A DNA stretch of 63,998 bases, counting the filler, from Welwitschia mirabilis (Eukaryota): assembly GCA_051453625.1 (NCBI GenBank). It is 3 parts of one record of this genome, joined end to end, with 100 filler letters (N's around TTAATTAATTAA, not from the genome) between each part and the next. Parts side by side here need not be neighbours in the genome. Positions count along the whole stretch, not along the records: positions 1 to 31,247 come from JBOZIK010000001.1; 2 more parts are not named here. One strand, 5' to 3'. Made by a program: the position numbers and the translations under genes. Positions 1-11,360 of this stretch are shown here, one piece after another. The notes below the pieces were generated by a model. The model made no database searches. It was not told where the DNA came from and saw only the letters and a list, made by a program, of their open reading frames with translations. How positions within the stretch are numbered: position 1 is the first letter of the stretch; each line of letters starts with the position of its first letter.

Positions 1-113
1 CTTATAATGTGTTAATAGAGTCTAATTAGGATTTGATCCTAGGTTCCGTTGTGCATGATAGTTAAAAAAAAAAAAAAATGGTTAATTAGGGTAATTAAAG
101 TTGGGGTGTTACA
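1..113 (+). mobile_element. Probable 3' end of a Gypsy (Tekay/Del-like) LTR
   Basis: Ends in ...GGGGTGTTACA, a common LTR terminus; no other support within the window. Confidence 0.35.
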
Positions 114-943
114 ACTAATCATGGTATAGTTAAGCTAAGTAGATCTTTCTGACCATTCAACTTAGCTTAATCTATCCAAATCATAAAAATAGTCTAAGAG
201 AAAGGAAAAATTGATGTTAAGGAATCTTGATTCACATCCCAACTTAACTTGATAAGAGAGATTTAATTTGAAAAAAAAACTCAAAAATAATGAAAATATG
301 AGCTCAAAAAGGTAAGAAAAGATCTAAAAAATTGAGGGATTAAGGGGAAGGGAAGATGGCATATGAAATAAAGGGATCATGCTCAACATCCTAACTTGAT
401 TTAATAACAGAAAGTGAGTTTTGAATGTACAAGGTTGAAAAATACGTAAAGAAACTCGAAAAAGGCTAAAAATGCTCAAAAAATAAAGAAATGCATAAAA
501 CTATGCATGTGCACAAAGGAGAGCTAAAAGCTTGACAATTGCTAACTAAAGTACATGTGAATAGAATTGAAAATGACAAGAAATTACTAAAACATCTACA
601 TGTGTCCAAAACAGAGCCAACAGCTAAGAAATGATTTAGAATGATACATGTGCATGCAAGAGAAAAATGCTAACATAAAATTTTTAAAAAACACAATTTT
701 CTGATCTTTTGGACTCAAACTTGTGATCTATAGGTTAACACTGAGATTCTTTTACCATTACACCAAGGCCTTAGTGGCTGATTTAAAAGCATTAGTAGTA
801 GTGCTAAATTAGACAGCTTTTATGTGTGTGAGTTTACTATTATGCTTCAAGACGCAAAGATAACCATTCATTGCTTAAAGTCTACGAAGCATGCAATAGT
901 GACTTATTAGCATGCACATGGCATTTGGAGATAACTACATAAG

Positions 944-1146
944 GGCTTTATCTAAAATTGTAGCTATATCATATTAAAGAGAGGTGGCCATTTCATTTTT
1001 TATTCTTTTCCATTATCAAGTCTTTGTTGACATGGCGTGATTGATATCATAATGGATTCATGGCATGTATTATGCATGCATGGGCATTACAGATGCCAAG
1101 GATAAAGCCCTAGCCTCAAATATCCTCTTGTTTCTTCTACAAACCC
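944..1146 (+). repeat. Left TIR of the Pack-MULE
   Basis: Aligns along its length with the reverse complement of 4639-4837, e.g. ATATCATAATGGATTCATG, TATGCATGCA, ATGCCAAGGA(T/C)AAAGCCCTAGCC, CAAATATCCTC. Confidence 0.9.
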
Positions 1147-1657
1147 TAGTCCTAATTTGGTAGTTGCGCTTTGAGTTGCTATTGCTCCAGCGTCATTGCA
1201 TCTCCAACATCGCAGGCACTACTTTGCTTCTACTGCAGAACCAACCCTCTCGTTTTCTTTGTTTACCGAGTTCATTAGTGTGCAAGGGTGAGTAGGTCAG
1301 TTCAATTGGAGTTAATATGTAGTTGACTAAGGCAAAGCTCATAGAGCTTATGGTTCTCACTAATACACGGTTATAGGTTAACAATAATCATGAATAAAGA
1401 AGCAGCATGGATACTCTGTGTTTGTCATCTGAGCATAGCGAGAATCTTCTTTAAGCATGGAAGCTGGTGCTTTAGAGCATTTCAAAAGTTTGCAAGTTTA
1501 ATCATTTGAAGGTTGGGTTCTAAGTTTCTTTTATTGGCCTTTTATCATTTTTATTTGTGTATTATTTTGTGAAGCTAAAAAGGTATTGCATTGTTCATGC
1601 ATAGATGTAGAAGTCAAGACAAAAGAACATGTGCTCACAGAATTGGAGTGCTTCAAC

Positions 1658-1693
1658 TCAGCAAAGGTCTATCTAGGAAGAACATACAGATTC
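1658..1693 (+). pseudogene. Short GH3 beta-xylosidase (BXL) fragment, left-arm copy
   Basis: Translates SAKVYLGRTYRF; near-identical to the reverse complement of 4545-4580 and to the BXL motif GYPGRTYRF. Confidence 0.7.
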
Positions 1694-2959
1694 CCTAATG
1701 CAAATATTATTGTGTAGTGAAATTGGGGATTTTCATACATTTTAATTCACATTTGCTACCTTACTTTCAGCTTCTTATCTTTTCACCTCTCATTAATTTA
1801 ATGTATTAAAGCATCCTATTTGGATATGCCACTTATAGTGAAAGAAAAATTTGATGGCACTACATTCTATGTCAGGTACCTCATATTCTTTTATTTAGAG
1901 GCATAAGTTACTCTAATGAAAATCAAACAACATGTAAAATTTTCACTAAATTANNNNNNNNNNNNNNNNNNNNNNNNNNNNNNNNNNNNNNNNNNNNNNN
2001 NNNNNNNNNNNNNNNNNNNNNNNNNNNNNNNNNNNNNNNNNNNNNNNNNNNNNTTCTTTTATTTAGATGCATAAGTTACTCTAATTAAAATCAAACAAAA
2101 TGTAAAATTTTCAATAAATTACCTGTATCATATTCAATGAAAATGCACAACTTTTATTAAACCATATAATTACAGTCTTAACATTTAAAAAGGAGGCTAT
2201 GATCAGTCTCATTGGAGCAACTTTATGATTCAATTCACAGGATTGCATAGTCAGAACATCTATTGAGGGATATCTAGAGATGTCAGCTTGCCAGTTTGAG
2301 ATATTTTGTGTCTATACAAAAATGAATGAACAAGACCAAAACTAGCTTGGACTATTATTACACTATTTTAAACTTTGCCAAAGATAAAAACTCATGATTT
2401 TGACAGAGGGAAAAAGTTCTATAACATTGAATGCAGTTTGTTCACTTCAATTGCTCTTAAAGAATTACTTCATTTGATATATAAATTTAGAAATGAGTAA
2501 ATTGTCTAAGAAATTAAACTAAGATATGCATCTTGATTTTTAAATACAATGAGACATTTCTTTCATTTGAGCACATAATGCATTGATCATCTCCAACTGA
2601 TATGTACAAACACACATTTTATGTGAATTATTTTGAAGTCAAGAAATTACAATCAATAGGATTCCACTTTATATAAGTTGTGTAAAGAAAGAGCTATTAA
2701 TGTTGTTAGTGTTCTCAACATTTTCATTTTTCTAGTATTTCAAAGTGATAAAAAGAGTATCACATTCGTTTCATAATTTGTAACTTCGTCTAAAAAAAGC
2801 AATAGTGTTTAATGAAGTTATTTAATTTTTGTAATTAACATTATCATTTCTTTAAAGAACTATATTCTTGAGATTTAAGGAACATTTTTCATATACTTTT
2901 GATGCTTAAGAACATATGTTAGCATTTACACAGCTCATCTAATACATCAAAATGTGATA

Positions 2960-3290
2960 CGTATGCTTGAAACATTTTGCATAAGCGTCTTCAAACCTAA
3001 CAAAGGATGGTAACACTGGCATCCAATGGTTACAGTGGAATTCTAGTCTTGAAAACATCTAATTGTTGGGATATTTGTTAAGGTTTACATGGCCTTAGAA
3101 ATTTGGAATAGGATCATGCTGATTCTTGGGATAACCAGTATTATCTAATTGGTCATTTATATGATTTGTTAAATAATCATTAGAATGCCCCTTTGGATGT
3201 CCTCAATTGTTTGCTTCTGCTATCTAAGGATCTCTTAAAAGGATGTAAAGCAATGTGGACATGTTGAAAATGATTGCCATTTTCAAATAA
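2960..3290 (+). mobile_element. Degenerate LINE ORF2 C-terminal (zf-RVT-like) remnant inside the Pack-MULE
   Basis: YA*NILHKRLQT*QRM and LEIWNRIMLILGI resemble the zf-RVT region of plant L1 elements; many stops. Confidence 0.4.
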
Positions 3291-4191
3291 AAGAAGTCAT
3301 TTCATATGCTTCCGGAAACAGTAAGACATACTTCTTTTCCCTTCCTTTTTTTCCCCCTTTTTTTCAAATGACACTTAAATCATTGACATCTATTCTCCAT
3401 TTAAAATACATGCAAAGAGGAGAAACAATAGATGGGTATTCTCTTAGAGAGGTTACCCCTCTTTAGCCATTACTTTTTACTTCTAGGCATACCGAATTTT
3501 GAATTCCTATTAAAGTATTAAAATAGCTCATACAAGGAATCGCTCTAACACATAGATTCCTAAAAGGATCTTGTATTTTGTAAATTCTTCTCTATATTAC
3601 AATATCAAAGGTACTCATTCTCATTATTTTGTTAATTATTTTGGAAAAATAAATCCACTATCAGTGTTGTTCCAAATATGTCAAGACACATTAATCAATT
3701 GCCTACAACTGAAATTTCTATTTTTCACTTCTACTATTGCAACAACTTCACGTAATCCATCTTCAACACTTCATGAAGTCATGCTTTAGGAATCACATGA
3801 TATTATCCTTTCTAGCATTTATTGTTATTTTCTACAAAATAGATTATATCACCTGAATTCCTTTCTCTACTCTACTAGATGTAGATCTCAAATGCATTCT
3901 ATATTTTATCAAAAAATAGAGAACATAGACCAAAAATAAGGCTTTCTAACAACAGATTCTTGATAAATAACACTCTTTCCAAGTCAAAGATTTACAAAGT
4001 GAATGACTAAAGACTCTCAATATTACAAAAGCGGAATACATTACTGTCAAACCAAAGTCTTACACTTTCGCTTTCGAATAAAAAGAGCATTAGTAAAACC
4101 ATAATAGTAGAAAAAACAACATTTATAAAGAGCTAACATTAGTGGGAAAGGAAGAATACTCTTCTAGCGGAGAACATGGAAAGGAAGACTC

Positions 4192-4401
4192 TCATCCAGT
4201 ACAAATGTGAACATGAACAACAAACAGAAGGATAGTAAGAGCAGCAAAGAAGATGACAGTGTGAATGACGATAGATCTACTGCTTGTGTGAAATTTAGCA
4301 AACTCAATAGCCTTATTGTTTTCTAGAAGCTGAAAACAAAGGCCTGGAGACAACAATATGAAGAGTATAAACCCTTCTACCACTAGTGCCCAGTCTGCCA
4401 T
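4192..4401 (-). CDS. DUF3339-family small membrane protein (69 aa), inside the Pack-MULE; possibly a young pseudogene
   Basis: MADWALVVEGFILFILLSPGLCFQLLENNKAIEFAKFHTSSRSIVIHTVIFFAALTILLFVVHVHICTG* follows the family pattern MADW.PV....LF.LLSPGL.FQLPG....EF....TS...I..H...FF........VHI.TG; single exon, intact start and stop. Confidence 0.85.
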   Translation of the reverse strand: MADWALVVEGFILFILLSPGLCFQLLENNKAIEFAKFHTSSRSIVIHTVIFFAALTILLFVVHVHICTG

Positions 4402-4462
4402 TGCTTTTCTTGCTATTTTTCCAACTGAAAACCTAGTGGTCTGCTTTATGACCCATGTGAAA

Positions 4463-4494
4463 GGCTTGTCTAAACCCATGGCAAAATCCTTATT
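4463..4494 (+). repeat. Internal copy of the TIR terminus
   Basis: GGCTTGTCTAAACCCATGGC matches the TIR end GGCTTTGTCTAAACCCGTGGC (reverse complement of 4817-4837). Confidence 0.7.
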
Positions 4495-4499
4495 CTTTG

Positions 4500-4580
4500 G
4501 TAGCTTAGACTAAAGCCAAAAGGAAAAATTACACTACCTTTATAGAATTTGTATGTTCTTCCTAGATAGCCCTTTGCTGG
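4500..4580 (-). pseudogene. Captured GH3 beta-D-xylosidase (BXL1/2-like) coding fragment
   Basis: PAKGYLGRTYKFYKGSVIFPFGFSLSY versus the plant BXL motif GYPGRTYRFYKGPVVFPFG(F/H)GLSY; no other BXL exons nearby. Confidence 0.85.
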
Positions 4581-4638
4581 CACAGAGTATCCACGCCACT
4601 GCTTCCATACCTGAAGATTCTCATTGTGCTCTAGAGTG

Positions 4639-4837
4639 GGGTTTGTGGGGAAAACAGGAGGATATTTGGGGCTAGGGCTTTGTCCTTGGCATGCGTAATG
4701 CCCTTGCATGCATAATGCATGACATGAATCCATTATGATATTGGTCATGCCACCTCAACAAAGACGTGGCAATCGAATAAAAAATGAAATGACTCACCTC
4801 TATTTAATATGAGATAGCCACGGGTTTAGACAAAGCC
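4639..4837 (-). repeat. Right TIR of the Pack-MULE
   Basis: Reverse-complement match to 944-1146; immediately followed by the TSD copy CCACATAAG. Confidence 0.9.
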
Positions 4838-4849
4838 CCACATAAGGAT

Positions 4850-5480
4850 GCACAAGAAATGTCAGGCTAGCAGAGGAGTGTACATCAAAGCAAAAACTAT
4901 GTGAAAGGAAAAGCTGGTAGCAACTCAGCGCTAGCAGAGTGGTAAAGAAAAGCAACAACGACTAGTAAAGAACAAGTGCACAAAGAGAGCATAGACATGA
5001 TGGTAGACGACCGCGTTGCAAAGAAAATATGGCAAGCAGTGCAAGTTTAATAGCAAAGGAGCAGTAGTACGCTGGCAGGAAGGCCAGCATTACAGGGGAG
5101 TTTGCAGCACACTCCATAGACAGTGGGTAACAGGTAGCGGACCTTGTGGAGGAGGCAGAGAACAGGTAGTAGTAGGAGGTGAGCATGAGCATCAGGAGTA
5201 GTAGGCATGCTGAGTCAAAGACCGAGGTCGCTGATAGGTAGGAGCCATTGGCGTAACACAACAACACCACAGATAGCGCAGGGCGACAGAGGTCGGCAGA
5301 TGGCAGTGGGTGCAGCGGACTGCGTAGAGGGAGCCGACAGACTACAGGCGAGTAGTAGGCAATGGACTATAAAATTGCGTTTTCGGATGATTGTGGGTAG
5401 GAGGTCCCTCATAGTAGTAATGGAGGTGCAGGGCAAGCACAGGGTGCAGAAGAGTTGGGGGGGCAGAACCCTTGGACAAT
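4850..5480. repeat. T-poor, GC-richer low-complexity tract
   Basis: Strong strand asymmetry (AGCAG/GGCAG/AGTAG motifs), CpG retained, several overlapping non-homologous ORFs. Confidence 0.5.
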
Positions 5481-8400
5481 TGAAGTAAAAAAAACCTGCC
5501 ACACCAAAAATAAAAAATGTCCTTTTTTAAAGAAAAAGCCCCTTTTTTAAAAATTTATGACTCTTTATAAAAAAGCTTTAAAGAAACAAATCCCCCTCCT
5601 TAAAAATAATTTTGGTATTTTCTTTAAAAATACTTTAAAGAAAATGGTCAAAAAAAATAAAACTACGGGATTTAAATAAATAAAGCTAGAAGAGAGAAAG
5701 GAAGAGCCAAAAGAAAAGCCCAACAAGCCCTTGAAGAGGGCCTAAAAAGCTCCAAAGAGGCCATAAAAAACTCCAAAGCTCAAGGATGACAAAGAGAGCT
5801 CCGCTAGATCTTCTCCAAAGTTGTGATACTACTTGTTAGAAAATAGAAGAGCAAGAATCATGAGCAAGATTTCCCAAAAAGCAAATCTTGACTTCTCCAA
5901 AATATTCTTCGTCACTTATTTAAAGAAGAGCTTGCTTTTAAGGGAACATACCATTTGGGTTTCACTAGGATTTTCATGTCCCCCTAGGCATATGATCACT
6001 GTGTGCATATATACTTTAACAGATATCATATACTTAATACTATTTATATATTAAAAATTTTAACTAGCCTGGTATCCTTANNNNNNNNNNNNNNNNNNNN
6101 NNNNNNNNNNNNNNNNNNNNNNNNNNNNNNNNNNNNNNNNNNNNNNNNNNNNNNNNNNNNNNNNNNNNNNNNNNNNNNNNGTATCCTTAATCTATTATGA
6201 TGCATTAATAAAGTTTAATAATGCATATGCATTAGCACACTTGCATTCATGCATCTTGCTTAGGTTAATTAGCCAAATTTATTCTATTTTGTCAGGTGAA
6301 GTTGTGCAAGTTGTTATATTGATGCATTTTCATTAACATAACCCCATTAATGTATTTGCTATAAATGCATCTCAAAACTTGAATAAGATACAATCTTAGT
6401 TGTAGATTTCAGTTTTCCTTCTTCCAACTTACTTTACACCCTATTGACGTACTGCATGTGCATCTTGCCATGCATAGATGGCCTTGATGGATTCATGTTA
6501 GTTTTCTTAGGAAGAAGCAATTATGATTACTTTTATTTGTTATAAGATTTTCTTTAAAAAAGTTACTTAAATAAAATTTAATGTTATTTTATTATTATCA
6601 TCCAACACAGAATAACAATGTCAAGGTTTCTTATTAATTTAATTATAATTGCCTTTTCGATACATTCTTCACTTGGAGCACCACCAGGTATTAAGCCAAT
6701 ACATTTAGTACTTTAGTTTCTCTCAAAGCAATTAATGTCAAAAGTTTAGTTGTTTAGTCTTTATTTATCTTATTATAATTTACACTAGATTCAATTTTTA
6801 CTTAGATGTTTTGTTACTAGTTAGCTCTTATATCATATGTTCTACTTTCAAAAAATTTATAAAATGTTTCCAAGATAATAACATGTCATTGTTACTAGGG
6901 GAACATCACCATAGCTTAGCAATAACTTGCAAATGTATCATCAAAGCACAAAATAACTTATTAACAAATATTGCTCAATAGCATGATCGATGTCATCCTA
7001 TGTTAAATCTAGGCATTTTAAAGTACAAAATAAAGATGATATGGAAATTTTTAACATAAAAATAAAAGACAGAAATTAAAATGAATATCTAACTTAATGA
7101 TTCCTCATAAATGAATTACTTAATCCAACATTGCATTTATAAGGCCCAACATTTACATTGTTTAAAAATTACATAAATAATTATATTTATGTTCTTAAAA
7201 TGAAGGAGTATGCCTATTAGTAAAATCAATTATAGGAAGTGAAAAAATGAAATGCCACAAACCACATCTTACAAGCTACACATCACATTCAAAAAATTCA
7301 TATTTTTGCATCTCTAGTATTTATTTCTTATTTATAAGTACTCTTTACATTAAGAGCTTTAGTTCTAGAGGTCGTATAATTTTCTTATGAGTGTCACACT
7401 TATCTTTATGGAAAATATGCCATGGATTAAAATCTCATGATTGAATTTCATGAGAATATCTAAAGACTAATGTATAGTCAACCATACATTTATGAGTTTA
7501 ATGTAATGGCAACAACATCCCCTTTAATTCTATAGTTCTAGGTTCACTAGTGATAACACTTATAGATGTATAGTAGATTTCTATGACCTTTGACTTTAGT
7601 TAGTAAAACCATAATTATTTTAATGCTAATGGGATGGTAGTCAAATTATAAAAAAATTGTCCTCCATTTAGGAGGTTGTGCCTTTAAACATTTAGATGAC
7701 CTAATTGACATATTTTTAAGGCCTTGTGCATAATTAAATCATTCATTTATGTGATTTTGATGGGTGCTTATGTCAAAATGACAATGCCATATAAATAAAA
7801 GGTCATGTTGTCATTGTCGTAGTTGATATAGCTTAGTTTGAGTATATGTTAAAATTGCTTACATAAAAGTTTAGGAACATCAAGAAAGGGGATGAAAAAT
7901 ACTAGAAAGAGCTTCAACATAATAAAACTCCTTTGCTAAATAGATTCTTAGTTTTTTTTAGTCATATGCCTCAAATTGATACTAAAAGAACAGGCAACTA
8001 GCAGAAGTAAGAAAAAAGATACTAGGAGAATAAAGGAAGGAAAGGGAATACGAAGACATGGGAGGTATGGTCACTATGAGTTTCAAGTTCCCCACTTCCT
8101 TCCGTTCCCCACCTCCACTCCCTCACTACTAGAGAAAAAGCTAATAATTATTTTAATAGGTAATATAATTGGAGTTTAATTAGTCGAACACTTGTTTTCT
8201 ATTTAAGAGGTTAGATATTCAAATCTTTAGATGTCTTATTTGGTATTATGAAGCCTTGGACATAAATCATTTATTTAGATAATTATTGTGGCATTACTTT
8301 TGAGGGGAGGTATGGTCATTAAAAGTTTTAAGCTTAACGTCCCCCTTACAATTATTTTAATAACTGTAAAAGAACATATATTGTAATAAAAAAGCTTACT

Positions 8401-9584
8401 AAGTAATTAAGGAAAAAAAACCTCATGGGAAAACCCTAATATTTAGACATACAAATATTGGATTACATATTAATGGAAAGGTTGTTAACTATGTTATCAT
8501 TTCAAATGTTTTTTTTTAATTTTTCTATTCTTCTAGAATTCATTGTTATAAATTAACATGCTACATTGGATTACCTACCACATAGTATACTGTGTATGAA
8601 CCAAAATTATCAAATTGTTTTTGAGATATAACAAGCCAATTTTTTAAAATAAAATCCCTTATTTTAGAGAATTTGGTCTTTTCCTAAAATGGACCTATAA
8701 CTATTAATATGTTAATTTTAAACATGGCATCTTAGGGCTTGTTAAAATTAAACATAAACCTAGCCCTTCATAATTGGATTTAGGGAGAGAGCTGTGGTGA
8801 GGAATGTATTAATGAGTCTTGTACTTCAATAAAAGCAAGGAAAGGGATATGTGGTGTAGTACACAATGTAAGATATTTTTTAAGAGAGTACAAAGAGGCA
8901 TATCGTTATTATTGTTGTACTAAAGGACATTGTTATATGTTCCTTGCATTGGCTTAAGGGAATCCTCCATGATCATAATCATAGGCAATGGGGCCAAACC
9001 ATGTAGATGTTTATCTCTCTTTACTTTGTTGCATTCTTTTCCTTTGGTGTTTTGTTGCTATTTTTTCTCTATGATGTATTACATTCGACATTTGTTTTTC
9101 TATCCCATATTTGATCATGTGCATTTCATTTCAATTGACATAAAGCAAGAGCAAATTGTAAGGCTTTAAATGTAATGTTCAAGGTGGGCAAAATTCAACA
9201 ACAAAAATAATTTCAAATTTTGGCAAATTAAGGTTAATGATCTACTTATACAATAAGCTTTGCATAAGGTGTTCAAAGAAAGTTAAAGAAATCTTTTATA
9301 ATATCAAATAAAGAGTAGGATGTTATATAGGTGTCAAATCACTACTTCAACTAATCTTGCAATCCTTCATTATGCACTTGGCAAAAGATCGAAACAAAAT
9401 TCAAATATAATGATTCTTTTATCCTTTGGCATTAAATAAATAAAAAAATCAAAGTAAAAAAAACATACTTGCCCATTAAATATTCGAGAAAGTTATTTTT
9501 TCGACACATATAGAAAGAAAAAAAAAATCTTTTCTTAATCATTTATTAAAGAAAAAAGATAGTAGTAACCGTGTCTTGCCAAAG

Positions 9585-9650
9585 GTGTGGTAGTTCAACT
9601 AGTGGGATACTCATCCTCCATTTCCAAGGTCATGGATTCATATTTTTAAA
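9585..9650 (+). mobile_element. Possible tRNA-derived SINE remnant
   Basis: Degenerate A box TAGTTCAACTAG (9591-9602) and B box GATTCATATT (9635-9644) at tRNA-like spacing. Confidence 0.3.
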
Positions 9651-10025
9651 TGCCTTGTTTAGCACATCATGAGACATGGGATATAGCTACATTATTCTTT
9701 TAGGTGAGTGTGGAATCGTACTTCTAAGTGGAGGTAAAGTTACCAAATGTTTCTNNNNNNNNNNTTTACTTTTGTACCCAACATGGTGGGATATACTATT
9801 ATTCTTCATAATGATAAAGGCCATTGACTTGTTTATTGGATCCTATAAAGCAAATCTCTAGTCATTCTAAATTTTTTAAAGATCTTATGATAGTTAGGGA
9901 AAAACATAATATTTTAAAAAAATTCCTTTTAACCTAGAATGTTAGTATTATTATACAACATTAAGTTACTCCTCGGTAAAAATCAAGATCCAAACCACAC
10001 TAAATAAGCACACTTCTCTGCAGTG

Positions 10026-11360
10026 TTTTTTTTTTTTTGGTTAAAGGAAAGTAACTTTTATTACCCAAGCCAATAAAGTTTAAAACATTACAAAACAGAG
10101 AGGGAGAGAGCTTAATGAAGGCCGCCTTCTAAGAAGGGTTCCTTCAAACAAACACTCAAGCCGCAATGCCCATATAACTATAAAAATCATGAGTATATTT
10201 CACTAGAAAAATAAAATTAACACTCCACTGCTATACTGCATTGGCTTATATAGTCTTTCTTAATAGGGTTTATCTTCTTAGGGTAGCAACTAGAAATTCA
10301 AACTTTCACCTCCTACTTTATTTGATCAAAAACTTACTGCACATGTAAAGTTTTCTCTTAAAATATTCTTCTATTTCTTTTAGAGCATATGCGATGTGCC
10401 ATGGCTGCTACACAAGAAAATAGCACTAAACTTCTTATTTTGCTTTTTTTCAACATTTATTGGAGCCAATGAATTCCTCTTTGAAATATAACAGGAAAAT
10501 AACTGATCCCTATCCATGCCATTACTTTTTCCACCAATGTCATAGCCCAGTTACAATAAAAAAACAAGTGTTGAATAGATTCTAGACCTTTCCCACACAG
10601 AACACATTTGGTATCCATCACTGAGATATGTAATTGGGGTAGTCTCTCCTTTGTTAAGAGTCTTTTCCATATAACTAGCCATAGAATAAAAGAATGTTTA
10701 GGGATATTACATCTACCCTAAACATACCTGGCTTTTAAAATCTCAGATGCTCACCCTGCAGCCTAGAGTATTCACTTTGCATTATGTATATTCCATTGTG
10801 TGTTTTAGCCCATCTACCATCCCGAAAATCAGAAACAAATTTCCTTTTTATGCTATGAAACTTTTTCTAATGCCAATTGCAATCATTCTGAGGGTCATAT
10901 TCCCAAAAATCCACTCCCTTTTAAGTATACACCATCCACCCATTTCACCCAAAGTGTGTTTGCTTTGGAAGCCATAACCCAAACTTGTTTAACAATGGAG
11001 GCATAATTCCATCATTTGCAGTGTTTTATGTTAAGACCTAATTTTTTAGGTAAACATACCTTATCCCAGCTTATGAGAGGGATGGATTTACCTTGCTCCT
11101 ATTTTACCCAAAGAAACTCCCTACAGACATGCTCAACCAGTTTTACAATACCTTAGGGCAGGATAAAAATAGATGACCAATATACATGCATTGAAAAAAG
11201 TACAGAATTAATTAGTTGACATTTTCCAGCATAAGAAAGGTGTCTAGAAAATCAACAATGCACCCTTTTTGTGATTTTATCTACTAGGCTAGCTCTGACA
11301 GTCCAACATACTCCATTTAGTTGGTGAAAGAGGAACCCCAAGTATTTGATTGGCGCCCTT
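10026..11360 (-). mobile_element. 5'-truncated L1-type LINE (ORF2 C-terminus, zf-RVT, poly-A tail)
   Basis: Minus strand reads PIKYLGVPLS, LSYAGKCQLINSVL, ISWDKVCLPK, IPKHSFILWL...RLLTKERL...CVLC...ESIQHLFFYC; T13 run at 10026-10038 is the poly-A tail, with AATAAA nearby. Confidence 0.9.

Larger units (their letters stand above)
944..4837. mobile_element. Non-autonomous Mutator-like element carrying host gene sequence (Pack-MULE)
   Basis: ~200-bp imperfect TIRs (944-1146 and 4639-4837, GGCTTT...AAAGCC), flanking 9-bp direct repeats CTACATAAG (935-943) / CCACATAAG (4838-4846), no transposase seen inside, internal DUF3339 ORF and GH3 fragments. Confidence 0.85.

Noticed and set aside
1886-2121. 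68-bp near-identical repeat on both sides of a 100-N gap
   Set aside because: Looks like unmerged overlapping contig ends (4 mismatches); a similar 9-bp overlap flanks the gap at 6081-6180.
4962-5502. Four overlapping ORFs on both strands
   Set aside because: Explained by stop-codon scarcity in a compositionally skewed tract; no recognisable homology.
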